A stretch of DNA of 64,000 nt. It comes from Neocallimastix sp. 'constans' (Eukaryota). The DNA is taken from the NCBI GenBank assembly GCA_050613775.1, contig JBODTK010000111.1, forward strand, positions 248,001 to 312,000. Reading direction: 5' to 3'. The stretch's first letter is position 1; each line of letters opens with the position of its first letter. Under the pieces are notes generated by a model. It had not been told where the DNA came from, did no database searches, and saw nothing but the letters and a program-made list of their open reading frames with translations. Positions 17,133 to 29,093 of the stretch are shown here, one piece after another. The position numbers and the translations under genes were made by a program.

Positions 17133-17462
17133 TTTTTACTATATTTTTATCATTTTAGATATAAAACTTGTTTTACTATATTTTTATCATTTTAGATATA
17201 AAACTTGTTTTACTATATTTTTATCATTTTAGATATAAAACTTGTTTTACTATATTTTTATCATTTTAGATATAAAACTTGTTTTAATATATTTTTATCA
17301 TTTTAGATATAAAACTTGTTTTAATATATTTTTATCATTTTAGATATAAAACTTGTTTTACTATATTTTTATCATTTTAGATATAAAACTTTTTTTACTA
17401 TATTTTTATCATTTTAGATATAAAACTTGTTTTACTATATTTTTATCATTTTAGATATAAAA
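17133..17462. repeat. Minisatellite, 37-bp unit x~9
   Basis: Unit ttttactatatttttatcattttagatataaaacttg; the copies are near-perfect. Confidence 0.95.
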
Positions 17463-17579
17463 TATTTTATTTTATTTTATTACATAAAATATTATTAATT
17501 TTTTTTTTCATTATATTAGTGATTATTTAATTTATATTTGTAATCATTTTTTGAATTTTTTTTTGTAAAGTTTTTTATA

Positions 17580-18014
17580 TTTTTTTAGACTGGGATTAAC
17601 GAGAGGGAGGACAATAGGGCCTCCAGTCTCTCCCTTAAACATATCATACACTCAATGGAATTATCGTCAAACCGTTTCGACATCGAAAGGGCTTCTCTCT
17701 AATCAAAACTAATATGAAATACATTTCCTTTTTATGCAACGGACTTCTTTTCAGTGATCTCTTGAACCATCATCGAAGGAGGAACAACAACACTAATCCT
17801 CTCACAGATCAAGTGATCTCTGCACTAGTAATTATATAGTCTAGCAACAGAAATACCTAGAATGGCGAGCGAACATCAACTTCATTAATAGTGGACAACA
17901 CCAGAGGATGAAAATCACCCCCAAATAAATTCAGGATGTAGTCGCATGGTTAATCCAGAAACCTTATATGCGTTAGTCACAAGTACTAACCACCACTATA
18001 AAAACTATAAAGAC
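17580..18014 (-). mobile_element. SINE-like element family A, copy 1 (poly(A) tail, degenerate tRNA-like head)
   Basis: GC-richer island flanked by the direct repeat gttttttata (17570-17579 / 18015-18024). On the minus strand it ends ...taatcccagtc-taaaaaaa. It is homologous to 31713-32129 and 48545-48800. Confidence 0.75.
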
Positions 18015-18165
18015 GTTTTTTATAAGTAACTATAGATATATAGATTTAGAATCATTTCATTCATATAATATAATATAATATAACTTTCATAACTTTGTTA
18101 AATATTAATCTTTATATATATATCATCATCATCTTTCTAAAATTTATAGTTAATATAACCTATAT

Positions 18166-18196
<31 letters not shown>

Positions 18197-19768
18197 TTTC
18201 ATTTTATTAATAATATAATTATATATGGCATTTGTCTTTTTTTTTTTTTTTTAAATTAAGTTTTTGCTTTTACAATAGAAAACTATATTTATTTATAATT
18301 GTACTTTTATATATGCTATTACTCATAGTTCTTTTTTTAAGGTTAAAAAAATTTTTTAATTATAGCAAATCAATAAGGTTTAAAATATCTATTCATGTTT
18401 AATTTTATTTATTAATATAATTTAAAATTATACAAAAAAAAAAAAAAAATAATAATAAAAAAAAAAATATAAATGAACTAAAATGAACTAAAATAAAATT
18501 TCATTTTTCACTCTACTTTTTATATAAAATAAAATTAAAAAAAAAATTATACTTTTTATTAACAAATAAGTAATTATTTCCAGATAAAATATTAGTCTTT
18601 ATCATTTTTCATTATTTACTTTATAAAAAAATTTTAATTTATAGTTAATAATAATAATAATAAGTTATTGATATATACGTTAATATATAGTTCATTATTA
18701 AGGTTAAAAAAAATTTTTTTATGAAATATCTTTTGGGTTATTTTTATTTATTAAAATAATTTAAAGATATATATATATTTTTTTATTTCCATTTTATACT
18801 TTATATCATGATATAAAATAATAATATTATCATTTTAAAAATAATAAATAATACATGATAAATAATATAAATAAATAATAAATATAAATAAATAACAAAT
18901 AAATAAATAATAAATATTTTATTTCTTAATAAATAATTTCTTTCAGATAAATTATAATTAGCCGGTATCCATTCTTGTTATTAACTTTCAAGAATATCAT
19001 ATTTTTAATAATTTTATTTTTTAATTATTAAAAAAGCATATTTATATTTAAAAGTAATTTGCTCTAAATCTTTTAAAAGAAATTCAAATTTTTAATAATA
19101 GATACATATATTAATAAAAATTAAAATTAAATAAAATCTTTAATAAATAAAATATAAATATAATATTCAATATTTTAATTAATAAATGAATAACAATTTC
19201 CGGATAAATTATTTCAAACCTCTATCATTTTCTTCATTAACTTTAAAAAACTAAATATTATATTTTTAATAAAATTTTTTAAATTTATTTAAAAAAACAT
19301 ATTTAAAAAGTATATTTAAAAAGTAATTTGTCTTGAATCCTCTAACAGAAATTCAAATTAATATATACTTATACTTATATATATTAATTTAAAAATAATT
19401 TAAAAATAAAAAGAAGAAAGAAGAAAATAATTAAATCAATGAATTTTCTTTTTTTTTTCTTTTTTTTTTTTCATCCCATTCATTAAATATATTAAAAAAT
19501 AAAATTATATACTTAAATTGATTATAATTAATAAAATTTTTATATTGATATAATTTATATTTAAAAAAAAAGTATTAATTTATTATAACTTTCTGGTAAT
19601 CTAATTAAATAACACTTTTGATCTTTTTTTTTTTTTTTTAAATATATAAGTAAATAATTTTTGATTTATTGAAACTTTATTTTATTTCTGTTTTCTTGTT
19701 TTCCTATTGCTATCATTAATAATTGGAAATATACTTAAGGTTATGTTTATAACATTTGTAAAAATATA

Positions 19769-19802
<34 letters not shown>

Positions 19803-20390
19803 TTTGAAATTTTGAAATAAAAATATAAATTTTGAAATAATTTAAATTTTGAAATAATATAAATTTTGAAATAATAATATAAATATTATATCATTTATTT
19901 TTTTTTATATTTTTAATTATTCCTCGATAAAAAAAATTAAATAAAACAAAATAATTTTAATTTTAATTTTATTATTATAATGATATTAATATTAATTCAA
20001 ATAGTATCTAAAAATATATATTTGTATAATTGTTAATACTATAAAAAAAAGAAAAATAAAGAAAAATGAAAAATGAAAAAAAAAAATGAAAAATATAAAA
20101 AAAATGAAAAATAGAAAAAAAATAAAATAAACCATTTTAGCATTATTAAAAAAATTTTTTTTTGGTAATAATTATATTAGAGTTTTTTTTTTTTTTTTCT
20201 TTTGTTAATATGAATCTTTATGGGTTAGGTTATATTGACCTCTTATCAAAGGGGAAATGACGTACTGGAGAAGCACTCGTAGAAGTAGTAGTACTATGAA
20301 AAATTCTAAGCAATAATATACATGTCAGAGAGCGCCAATGCTGAAACATTCAGTAAAGTCGTCCAGCAGAAATAATTCTGCCTTTATATA

Positions 20391-21694
20391 TGTTAAAAGT
20401 CAATAGTTTGGGTTTTATAATTATGTCAACTTTATTAATATATTTTATGATAAAGAGCTGCAAATATTTAAATTTAATAAATTTACATGCTTTTATATTA
20501 ATACATTGTGGCTCATACATTACATATATAACAAATACATTTTAATACATTTAACGTATATTTCATATTTATTTCACATATTCTAACATTCCCCCCTCAA
20601 ACCAAATTATTTTAAAAGAATAATTTTGGTTTGAAAGTGAATATGTGTTCTATACTATTTCTATATCTATACCAATATTAATATGCTATAATTTAATTTT
20701 CATTAATTGTAATTTTATATACTTATTTATATATTAGCTTGTTTTATTTTAACAACTATATTATTACCCTATATTAATATGACATTTTTGTGGTTAAACA
20801 TCTTAAAACCTTTATATTTTTATTATGGGTAAAATTATTAATTATTATATTCAAGTTATATTTTTTCGGATTGGTTACTCTTATTTGTACCATCCTATTA
20901 TTATATTTTGGCAACCTCATTGGGACTTACGCCTAATTGACAACACATGGTTTACCTCTTTGGTTTTATGTACTCTTGACAACTCATGGTTTAACTCTCT
21001 GGTTTTTACGTCTATATTTATATGTGACAACTCTTATGGTTAACCGCTATGGTTTCACGTCATTTTATTTAATTATTAACTTGATTAGTTGTGAATAAAT
21101 AGCCTTTAATATTCAAAAGTTGTTTATTTACTAATTAATGATTTAATTTATATTCTTTATTAATCTTCATTAAGAGTCTCAAAAATATTTGCATATTAAT
21201 TTGTCACGTCTCTCATTTATTTTATACGTGTCTTATCTTCTAATTTATTATTTTATTTAGTATATTATTTATTTCAGGGGAATTTTCTTTCATAAAATAC
21301 TTAATTTTTCCGCGTTTTCATATTCTTGAAACTTTAAGATCATTTTTCTTCAAATTAGATCAATCTTCACTAAAGTTGACATAATGACAACTTTTATCAT
21401 AAATTCTGGATCCTAGGTATTTTCTTCTAGTTGACATTTTTCTAGTCCGGCTAAGGATATAAATATTCCTTTAAAGAGTCGATGAGACTCTTAATCTGTT
21501 AAAAGTCAATAGTTTGGGTTTTATAATTATGTCAACTTTATTAATATATTTTATGATAAAGAGCTGCAAATATTTAAATTTAATAAATTTACATGCTTTT
21601 ATATTAATACATTGTGGCTCATACATTACATATATAACAAATACATTTTAATACATTTAACGTATATTTCATATTTATTTCACATATTCTAACA
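20391..21694 (-). mobile_element. Intact non-autonomous LTR retrotransposon (TRIM-like, Ty1/copia-type signals), 1304 bp
   Basis: Two 198-bp LTRs (20391-20588, 21497-21694) with TG...CA ends, identical by eye. 5-bp TSD ATATA (20386-20390 / 21695-21699). PPT GGTTTGAGGGGGGAA on the minus strand (20603-20589). PBS GATTAAGAGTCTCAT (21496-21482). No gag/pol ORF in the 908-bp interior. Confidence 0.95.
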
Positions 21695-21742
21695 ATATAT
21701 ATAAAAAAAAAATGTTCAACCATCTCAAAATTCCCACTGAGA

Positions 21743-21905
21743 GGGGTAGAGTTGTATATCATCAAGTGGCGTATTATTAAAATACAACTTTTTACTAATA
21801 CGCCACTTCGAGAAATGCAAACTCTCCCAATTATTTGTAATATTTAATTATAGAAATATGATTATAATATTTAATAATCAATATTATTTTAATATTATTT
21901 TTAAT

Positions 21906-21943
<38 letters not shown>

Positions 21944-22104
21944 ATATTTAAATATATACTTTTAAAAAAATAAATACCAATATTAGTAATATTTTAATTT
22001 TTTTTTTTTTTTTTTATTTATTCATATAATCATTTTCAATTTTTTGAAATACAACCTGGCGAAAAATACAACATTCTAATAATGCGCCATTTGTCAAAAT
22101 GCCC
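21743..22104 (-). mobile_element. Foldback/MITE family B, degenerate copy
   Basis: Begins ggggtagagttg...aagtggcgtatt and ends ...aacctggcgaaa...gcgccatttgtcaaaatgccc, matching the reverse complement of the ends of 51025-51398. Confidence 0.6.
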
Positions 22105-22240
22105 TATACACCAGAAATAAAAAAAAAAAAAATAAAAAAAAAAAAAAATTAATATTATTGGTAAATTTATAATAATGGATTAGAATTTTTAGATTTTAGT
22201 TAAGAAAAGTTTAATATATAAATTTTTGGAATTTAGTTAA

Positions 22241-22535
22241 GTTTCGCAATGTGGCTTGATTTTAATAAATAAACAAATAATAATTAATTAAATAATAAAT
22301 ATTCTTTTTTTATATATATAATTTATTAATATTCAATTATAAAAATAATTTTTTATAATTATTTTTTAATAGAATATATTATTATTTCTTTAGAAATAGT
22401 TATTTAATAATATTTAAATGAAAAATATATTATTCTTTTTTAAAATAATAAATATATATTTATTTATGATTGTATAAAATATTTTAAAAATGTATGGCTT
22501 ACTTTTAATTTATTATAAGCCACATTTCGAAACGT
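22241..22535 (+). mobile_element. Degenerate copy of Kolobok-like MITE family C
   Basis: gtttcgcaatgtggctt...aatattcaattataaaaataatt...agaatatattattatttcttt.gaaatagttatttaataatattt...aaaatgtatggctt...gccacatttcgaaa is colinear with 51470-51800. Confidence 0.75.
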
Positions 22536-22592
22536 GGTTTTTTGGGTTCTTGGATTATAAATATAAATATTTAATAAATAATAAAAATAGGA

Positions 22593-22632
<40 letters not shown>

Positions 22633-22699
22633 TTCACCAATAAACCAATTAATCAATTATAAAATAACAAGGTTTAAGAGGGAATGCTATATGTAAAAA

Positions 22700-22729
22700 T
22701 GGTGGTGTATTTCGCCAAGTTGAAAATTA

Positions 22730-22765
<36 letters not shown>

Positions 22766-22909
22766 ATTAAATATTATTAATATTGAATAAAAACAATTTT
22801 AAAGAAAATTATTTTGAATTAATATTTATTTATTCATTTATTTATATCAATACTCCACTTGTCGAAATGCAACCTGGCGATTTGCAATTTGGGGAAATGC
22901 AACTCTCCC
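22700..22909 (+). mobile_element. Foldback/MITE family B, truncated copy
   Basis: Colinear with ~51090-51398 and ends with the same terminus aatttggggaaatgcaactctccc. Confidence 0.8.
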
Positions 22910-23074
22910 TGTAAATTGTATGAAAAATAAACTTCAATTGTATTGAAACAAATTGTAATATAATAATGAATAAGCCACAATATATTATTTAATTTAGAAT
23001 AATAAAGTGCAAATTAACTCTTTATCATAAATTATAATAATAAAACTGACATAATTATAAACCATAAATTCTCA
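22910..23074 (+). mobile_element. Diverged solo LTR related to the 20391-21694 LTRs, opposite orientation
   Basis: TG...CA segment containing agccacaat.tatta and ctctttatcataaa.tata.taataaa..tgacataattataaa, which match the reverse complement of the 198-bp LTR. Confidence 0.65.
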
Positions 23075-23166
23075 ATAAATATATATATATTTTTCATTTA
23101 ATCTTTTTTATTTTTTTTATTCAAAATTGTTTTATTTAATATTTATTATTAGATATAGATAACAAA

Positions 23167-23197
<31 letters not shown>

Positions 23198-23394
23198 AAA
23201 TTTATATTTATATATATGTGTAATTATAAATGTAGAAAGATAAGAAAAAATATTTTTATTGAAAAATATAGATAAATAAATAAATATAAAAAATTAAAAT
23301 TAAAACATTTTTGCAAAGATACGCTATAAAATTTTTAAATATATAAAAATATATTTAAAAATAGTAAAAATAAAAATATATAATTAATTTTTTT

Positions 23395-23486
<92 letters not shown>

Positions 23487-23500
23487 AAGTATGTATATAT

Positions 23501-24747
23501 CTATTTAGTAATTTTCTTTTTCATTGCTACTGCTAATGAACTAACAGGAATATGGGATTTATTGATATTAGATGGTGAATTTTTATTTGGACTATATTGA
23601 TATCTTTCTGTGTTTTGTTTATTATCTTTTTCTGTATTATTTACTTCAGTAGGAGATTTTAAAGAGTTATCAATTTCTATTGTTTTCAAGTTATTATGAA
23701 ATATTTTTTTTTTAATAAACTCTACTGTATTCATTGGTGATTTAATTTTAGATTCATGATCTTTATTAATTAAATTATTGTTATTAGTATTAATTGTTTC
23801 ATTGTTTATTAAATATTTTGGAGATACATTATTGGATGTATTACTGCTATCTTTGTCAATCTTTTGTCCGATTTGTTGATTATTAATTTCATTAATATAA
23901 TCATCATCTTCTTCTTCACTATCATCATTATTGTCTTCTTCCTCTTCTTCATTTTCATCATTGTCTTCATCATTTTCATCATCATTATCATCATCTTCTT
24001 CATCATCGTCATCATTATTAGCATTTTTTTCTTCTTTTTCTTCAACAACTTCTTCTTTCATTTCTTCTTTTGCTTCAATTTTTTCTTCTGATTCCTTTTT
24101 CTCGTTTGAATCAATTTGAGCTTCTTTAGAATCATTAGTTTTATTGGAAGGAAGATTTAATGAATTTTTTTTGGTAGTATCAGACGGATCTATTATTACT
24201 TCTCTAGATATTTGTATTGATGGTATATTAAACATTAGATTTGGTTTCGACGATGAGATAGTATTAATAGGATTATATATTTGAGAATCAATATTTGATA
24301 TTGATGGTTGCTGCAATTGTTGTTGCTGTTGTTGTTTATTCAATTGAATTTGATATTGCTGTTGCTGCTGTTGTTGTTGTTGAAGTTGTTGTTGAAGTTG
24401 TTGTTGAAGTTGTTGTTGAATTAATTGTAGCTGTTGAAGTTGCTGTAATTGAAGTTGTTGTTGTTCCGAAATTTTTAATAAATTTAAATCATTTATATTA
24501 TTAATATTAGTCGGTATATTGTTTTGAAGTTTATTTATGTTACTATTAATATCATTATAATTGAAATTTTTATTAATTGCACTAAACGAACTATTAGAAT
24601 TAGAAATTGAATTAGTCAAATTAGAATTAAATGTCATTAAATTATTATTATTATCACCATTTAAATTTGGTAAAGAAGATGATATTGTTGTATTAATAGT
24701 AGTACTATTATTAAAACTTCCTTCACCATAAGAATGACTTAATCCCA

Positions 24748-24805
<58 letters not shown>

Positions 24806-26723
24806 ATTCATTATATCATTTATTATATTATTATTATTAGTTTCAAAAGATTTATTATCCAAAGATGACGATGTATTCATTGATGTAATAGTTCCCTGAC
24901 TAATTGAATTGTTGGTAACTTCACTACCATTAAAACTATTTCTTTTATTATTAATACTATCATCAACTTCCTTTTTTCCTTTAATATTGATTCCATTTTT
25001 TTTTAAATTATTAAAAATAGAAGAATTAATTTTATTGGATTGAATTAATGTGAATAGTTTACCTACCATATCTTTATAAATAGATTTTTTATTTGCAATT
25101 AATGATTCTGTAATGACATTGCGAGGACTTTGCTGTTCTAATTGAGAAATTTCTGTACGAATAATTTGAATATTTTTCATTAGTTCCTGAATAATACCTT
25201 CTTTTGTTGAACTTTCAAACTGAATTGATGAACTAGAACTACTATTTATACTACCATTTTTTACATGATGTGGCTTCGTTTCAACAGATTTTATAGGTAT
25301 ATTAAACAAATCATTAATTGAATTTGAACTTGACGTTGAAGATTGTAATATAGGGGTATTAATATTTGAAATAGTTGGAGTAATACCAATACCATTTCCA
25401 TCAATAGGATTATTATTGATATCATTATTATTAATATTATTATTAATATTAATATTATTATTATTATTTTTCATATTATAGATATTTCCATTATCAAAAA
25501 TACCAGACTTCAGAGAATTATTTATAATGGCTTCATTTCGTAAATTTTTATAGAGTTCAGCGTTAATAGCTGTATTTTTATTCAATGAAAAATTATTAAT
25601 ATAATTTTTATTTGTAACATCATAAGGTTTAGACGATTTAGGAGGATGATAATTTTTAATATTTTTAACTGATGGAATAAGTATAGTATTTTCAAAGTAT
25701 TCTTCTAACTCCTTTAGTTCTTTTTGTAAATTAATATTAGAATTATATAAATTCTTTGAATAAAAGTATATTGATTCAAATGCCGTACTCAATAGTTTTA
25801 AAGCGGAATAAATAGCTGAAAGAAGAGATTTTGTTTTTTCATGATAAGATGGATTAACTAATTCTCTAGATAAATCATATGGTAAGACTGCAGAGAATGA
25901 TGATGATGAAAGTGAGATTGTAGTTAAGGAGGATGACGATGACGCAGGAACTGAATTTGGTGCATAACTAGATTGATAAATAAAATGTTGTTCAGTAATC
26001 ATTGCTTTAAGTTTCTCTAGAGCCTTTATTGTTTCTGGTATATTTGGAATTTCAATATGTAATTCTTGAAGCATATGTTGAATAGAATAGAGCATAGAAT
26101 TTATAGATATATTATATATACCAGTACATAACTCTATATTTTTTTGACTTCTAAGTTTATTTACAGAATCTTTGTTATTATTATCAAAAATAATATATTC
26201 TAAACCAAATAATATTTCTGAAATATTATTTAAATCTCTGAATTCGATAGATCTTTCATTATTAATTTGCTTTTTTTCTCTATTTAATTGATCTAATATT
26301 TCAGACATTTTCTTTATTTCTTTAGCCATATTCTTAATTTGAGAATTTAATTCTTCTATTTCTAAATTATTATCATTATTATAATTTGAGTTTTCATTTA
26401 ACGACATGGTAGAATTTTTGTTATCTAATTGATTTTCTAATTGCATCTTTTGTTCTATGGTTTGTTGATATGAATCTATTAATGAATTAATGTGGAAACG
26501 AATATTTGCAAACATTTCATCTAATTTTTTAGAATCTACTATTCTATAATGACTAGAATCAAAGTCTGATTCGTCAGATGTATTAACAATTTTTAATTTT
26601 GGATTATCTTCTAAATTAATATCACTTAAAAGCAAAGCTGTCTCAATTTCTTCCTTTTCTCTTTTCATCTTATATAAATCAGAATCATAATCAATATTAT
26701 CATCATCTGGTAACGATAAATCC

Positions 26724-26763
<40 letters not shown>

Positions 26764-29033
26764 CTAATGATAAAGTATTCATATTCATTTCTGTTAATGG
26801 TGAAATATTAATATCATTTAACGAATCTTCATTAGTATTAAATGATTTTAATAAATCTGATAATAATTGAGATGGTTTTTGTTTAAGTTTTTTATCCTTT
26901 GTTGATTTTATCTCAATTTCCTTATCATTATTAATTTTTTCACTTAAGATTGACGTCTCATCACTTCTTAAAGATGGATTTGATTTATTACCATTTTCCG
27001 ATAAATATGTAAGTTTATTATTCAGATTTTTACGTTCAGATTTTAATGAATTCAATTCATTAAGTATATTTAACTCTTCTCTTTGAAGTCTTTTGTATTC
27101 ATTATTATAATCATCTATATCTTCTTCATCTTCTTTCGTATCTAAATGATGCTGAATATCCATTTGTCTTTCTCTAATATCATCTAATATATTCTTAAGT
27201 TCATCAATATCTTCATCAATTTCCATTATATTTGAAGTAATAATTTCACTTTTCATTTCAATATGAGGTTCAATTTTTGAAGCTATTGATAATGGTGAAC
27301 CAATATATGAATTACGTTCATTACTATTTAAATAGCGTAATTCATTTAATTCATTGTTACTATTATTATTATTTATACTAAATTCACTGGCATTATCATC
27401 GAGTGAGAAGTAACTACTTCTATAACCACGTTGTAATAGCCTTAATGAAGGTGATCTAGATATCATAATATCATTTTGAACATTATCAAATTTTTCATAC
27501 ATTTTATTAAATTTATCCAACTGTTTAGAATATTGATGATAAAGTTTAAAATATTTATATTCTAAATCTTCAATTGTTTTATCTTGTGAATTTATTTTTT
27601 CATTTAAATCTTGATTTTCCTTTTCTTTTTTATATAATTCTTCTTCTAAATTATTTATTTTTTCTTCATAATAATCTATCATCTTATCAGATTCTGAAGT
27701 TATTAAATTATTTTCATTCAATAATTCAGTATTTTCATTAAATAATTGATCATTTAAAGATTGAATATTCATATTTTCTTCAGTTAATTCATTTTCAGTA
27801 ATAATACTCTCGATTAAATTCATATTACTCTTTAATTTTTCATCTAAAATATCATACATTATATTTACAACTTCTTCTAAATCATCACCATCTTCATTAT
27901 TATCTTTGCTATCAACAGTATACCTATAAGTTACTGTTCCTTTATTTGACTTTAATTTATTACTTAAAAGATATTCTTTTATTTTTTCATTTTTGCATAT
28001 ATCAATAGGTGTCTCTAAACTTTTATTCTTAATATCTATTGAAGCTTTACCTTCTTCAACTAGAACTTTTACGATATCCATTTCATTTATATAAACAGCG
28101 TAATGAAGAGCTGTATTTCCATTCCAATCTTTACTATCTATATTAATATTATTTTGAATTAATACTTTAATAGCTTGTAATATATTTTGAATAATTTTTT
28201 CCTTTTGATCATTAGTTAATGTAATAATCTTTCCAGATTTATCAGAATTTCCATAAATATCTCTACACAAATAATGTAATGCTGTTCTTCCACATCTTAC
28301 ATTTTTAATATTAACATCAACTCCTTTTTTAATCTTTATAAATATTTTATAATAACATAATAATACATTGATTATAATTAAATATAAAATATTAGTAAAA
28401 AACAAAATAGATTAAACACACAAGAAATTAAAATAAAAATAAAAATAATAAAAAATAAAAATAATATAATATATATAATTTATATTAGTTTACCAAAAGT
28501 TTAATCATTTCAATACAGGTTTCTTTATAAAATGGACGTATTCTACAAGTATATTGTAATAAATTAAGTCCACTAGTTGAATCAATATAATTAATATGCT
28601 TTATTGAAGTTCCATCAAGTAAATTCTTTAATAATACTAAATCTTTATATTTTATTGCACGTAATATGGAATAATGATGAATACTCATTCCTTCCGACAT
28701 AGATTTAGATGTATTTTTAATAATTGATACTGGATCCTTAAATTCAACATTTGGAAATGTTTTCATATGATGTTTTCTTAAGAAAGAGGATAAATTTATA
28801 AAAAAATTTGGATATCTAGATGAAATATCATATAGAAGGCTTTGAGGAAATATACTCTATATTTCCATTTTTTTTTTTTTTTAAAAAAAAAAAATAAAAA
28901 ATAAAAATAAAAAATATAAAATAAAATAATAATTATGATAATAAAATAAAAAATAAATAAAAATAAAATAAATAAATAAATAAATAAATAAATTTATAAA
29001 TATAAAATTATTTTATTTGAATTTAAATTTATA

Positions 29034-29093
<60 letters not shown>

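Larger units (their letters stand above)
14665..19375 (+). repeat. Degenerate local repeat family (~200-300 bp unit, ~7-8 copies) within a locally duplicated segment
   Basis: The motif chain ttccagataaatt...atcatt..aacttt...aaaagtat.ttt..tctaaatc.tttaa..gaaattc...aagctttaat recurs near 14670, 15735, 16075, 16620, 16870, 18575, 18940 and 19197. Segments ~15120-15480 and ~17530-18330 are also colinear. Confidence 0.75.

Noticed and set aside
17133..17462. CRISPR-like array (37-bp period)
   Set aside because: Head-to-tail repeats with no unique spacers, no cas genes, eukaryotic context.
20825..21043. 72-aa ORF within the LTR element
   Set aside because: Antisense to the PBS/PPT polarity, overlaps internal repeats, no gag/pol motifs.
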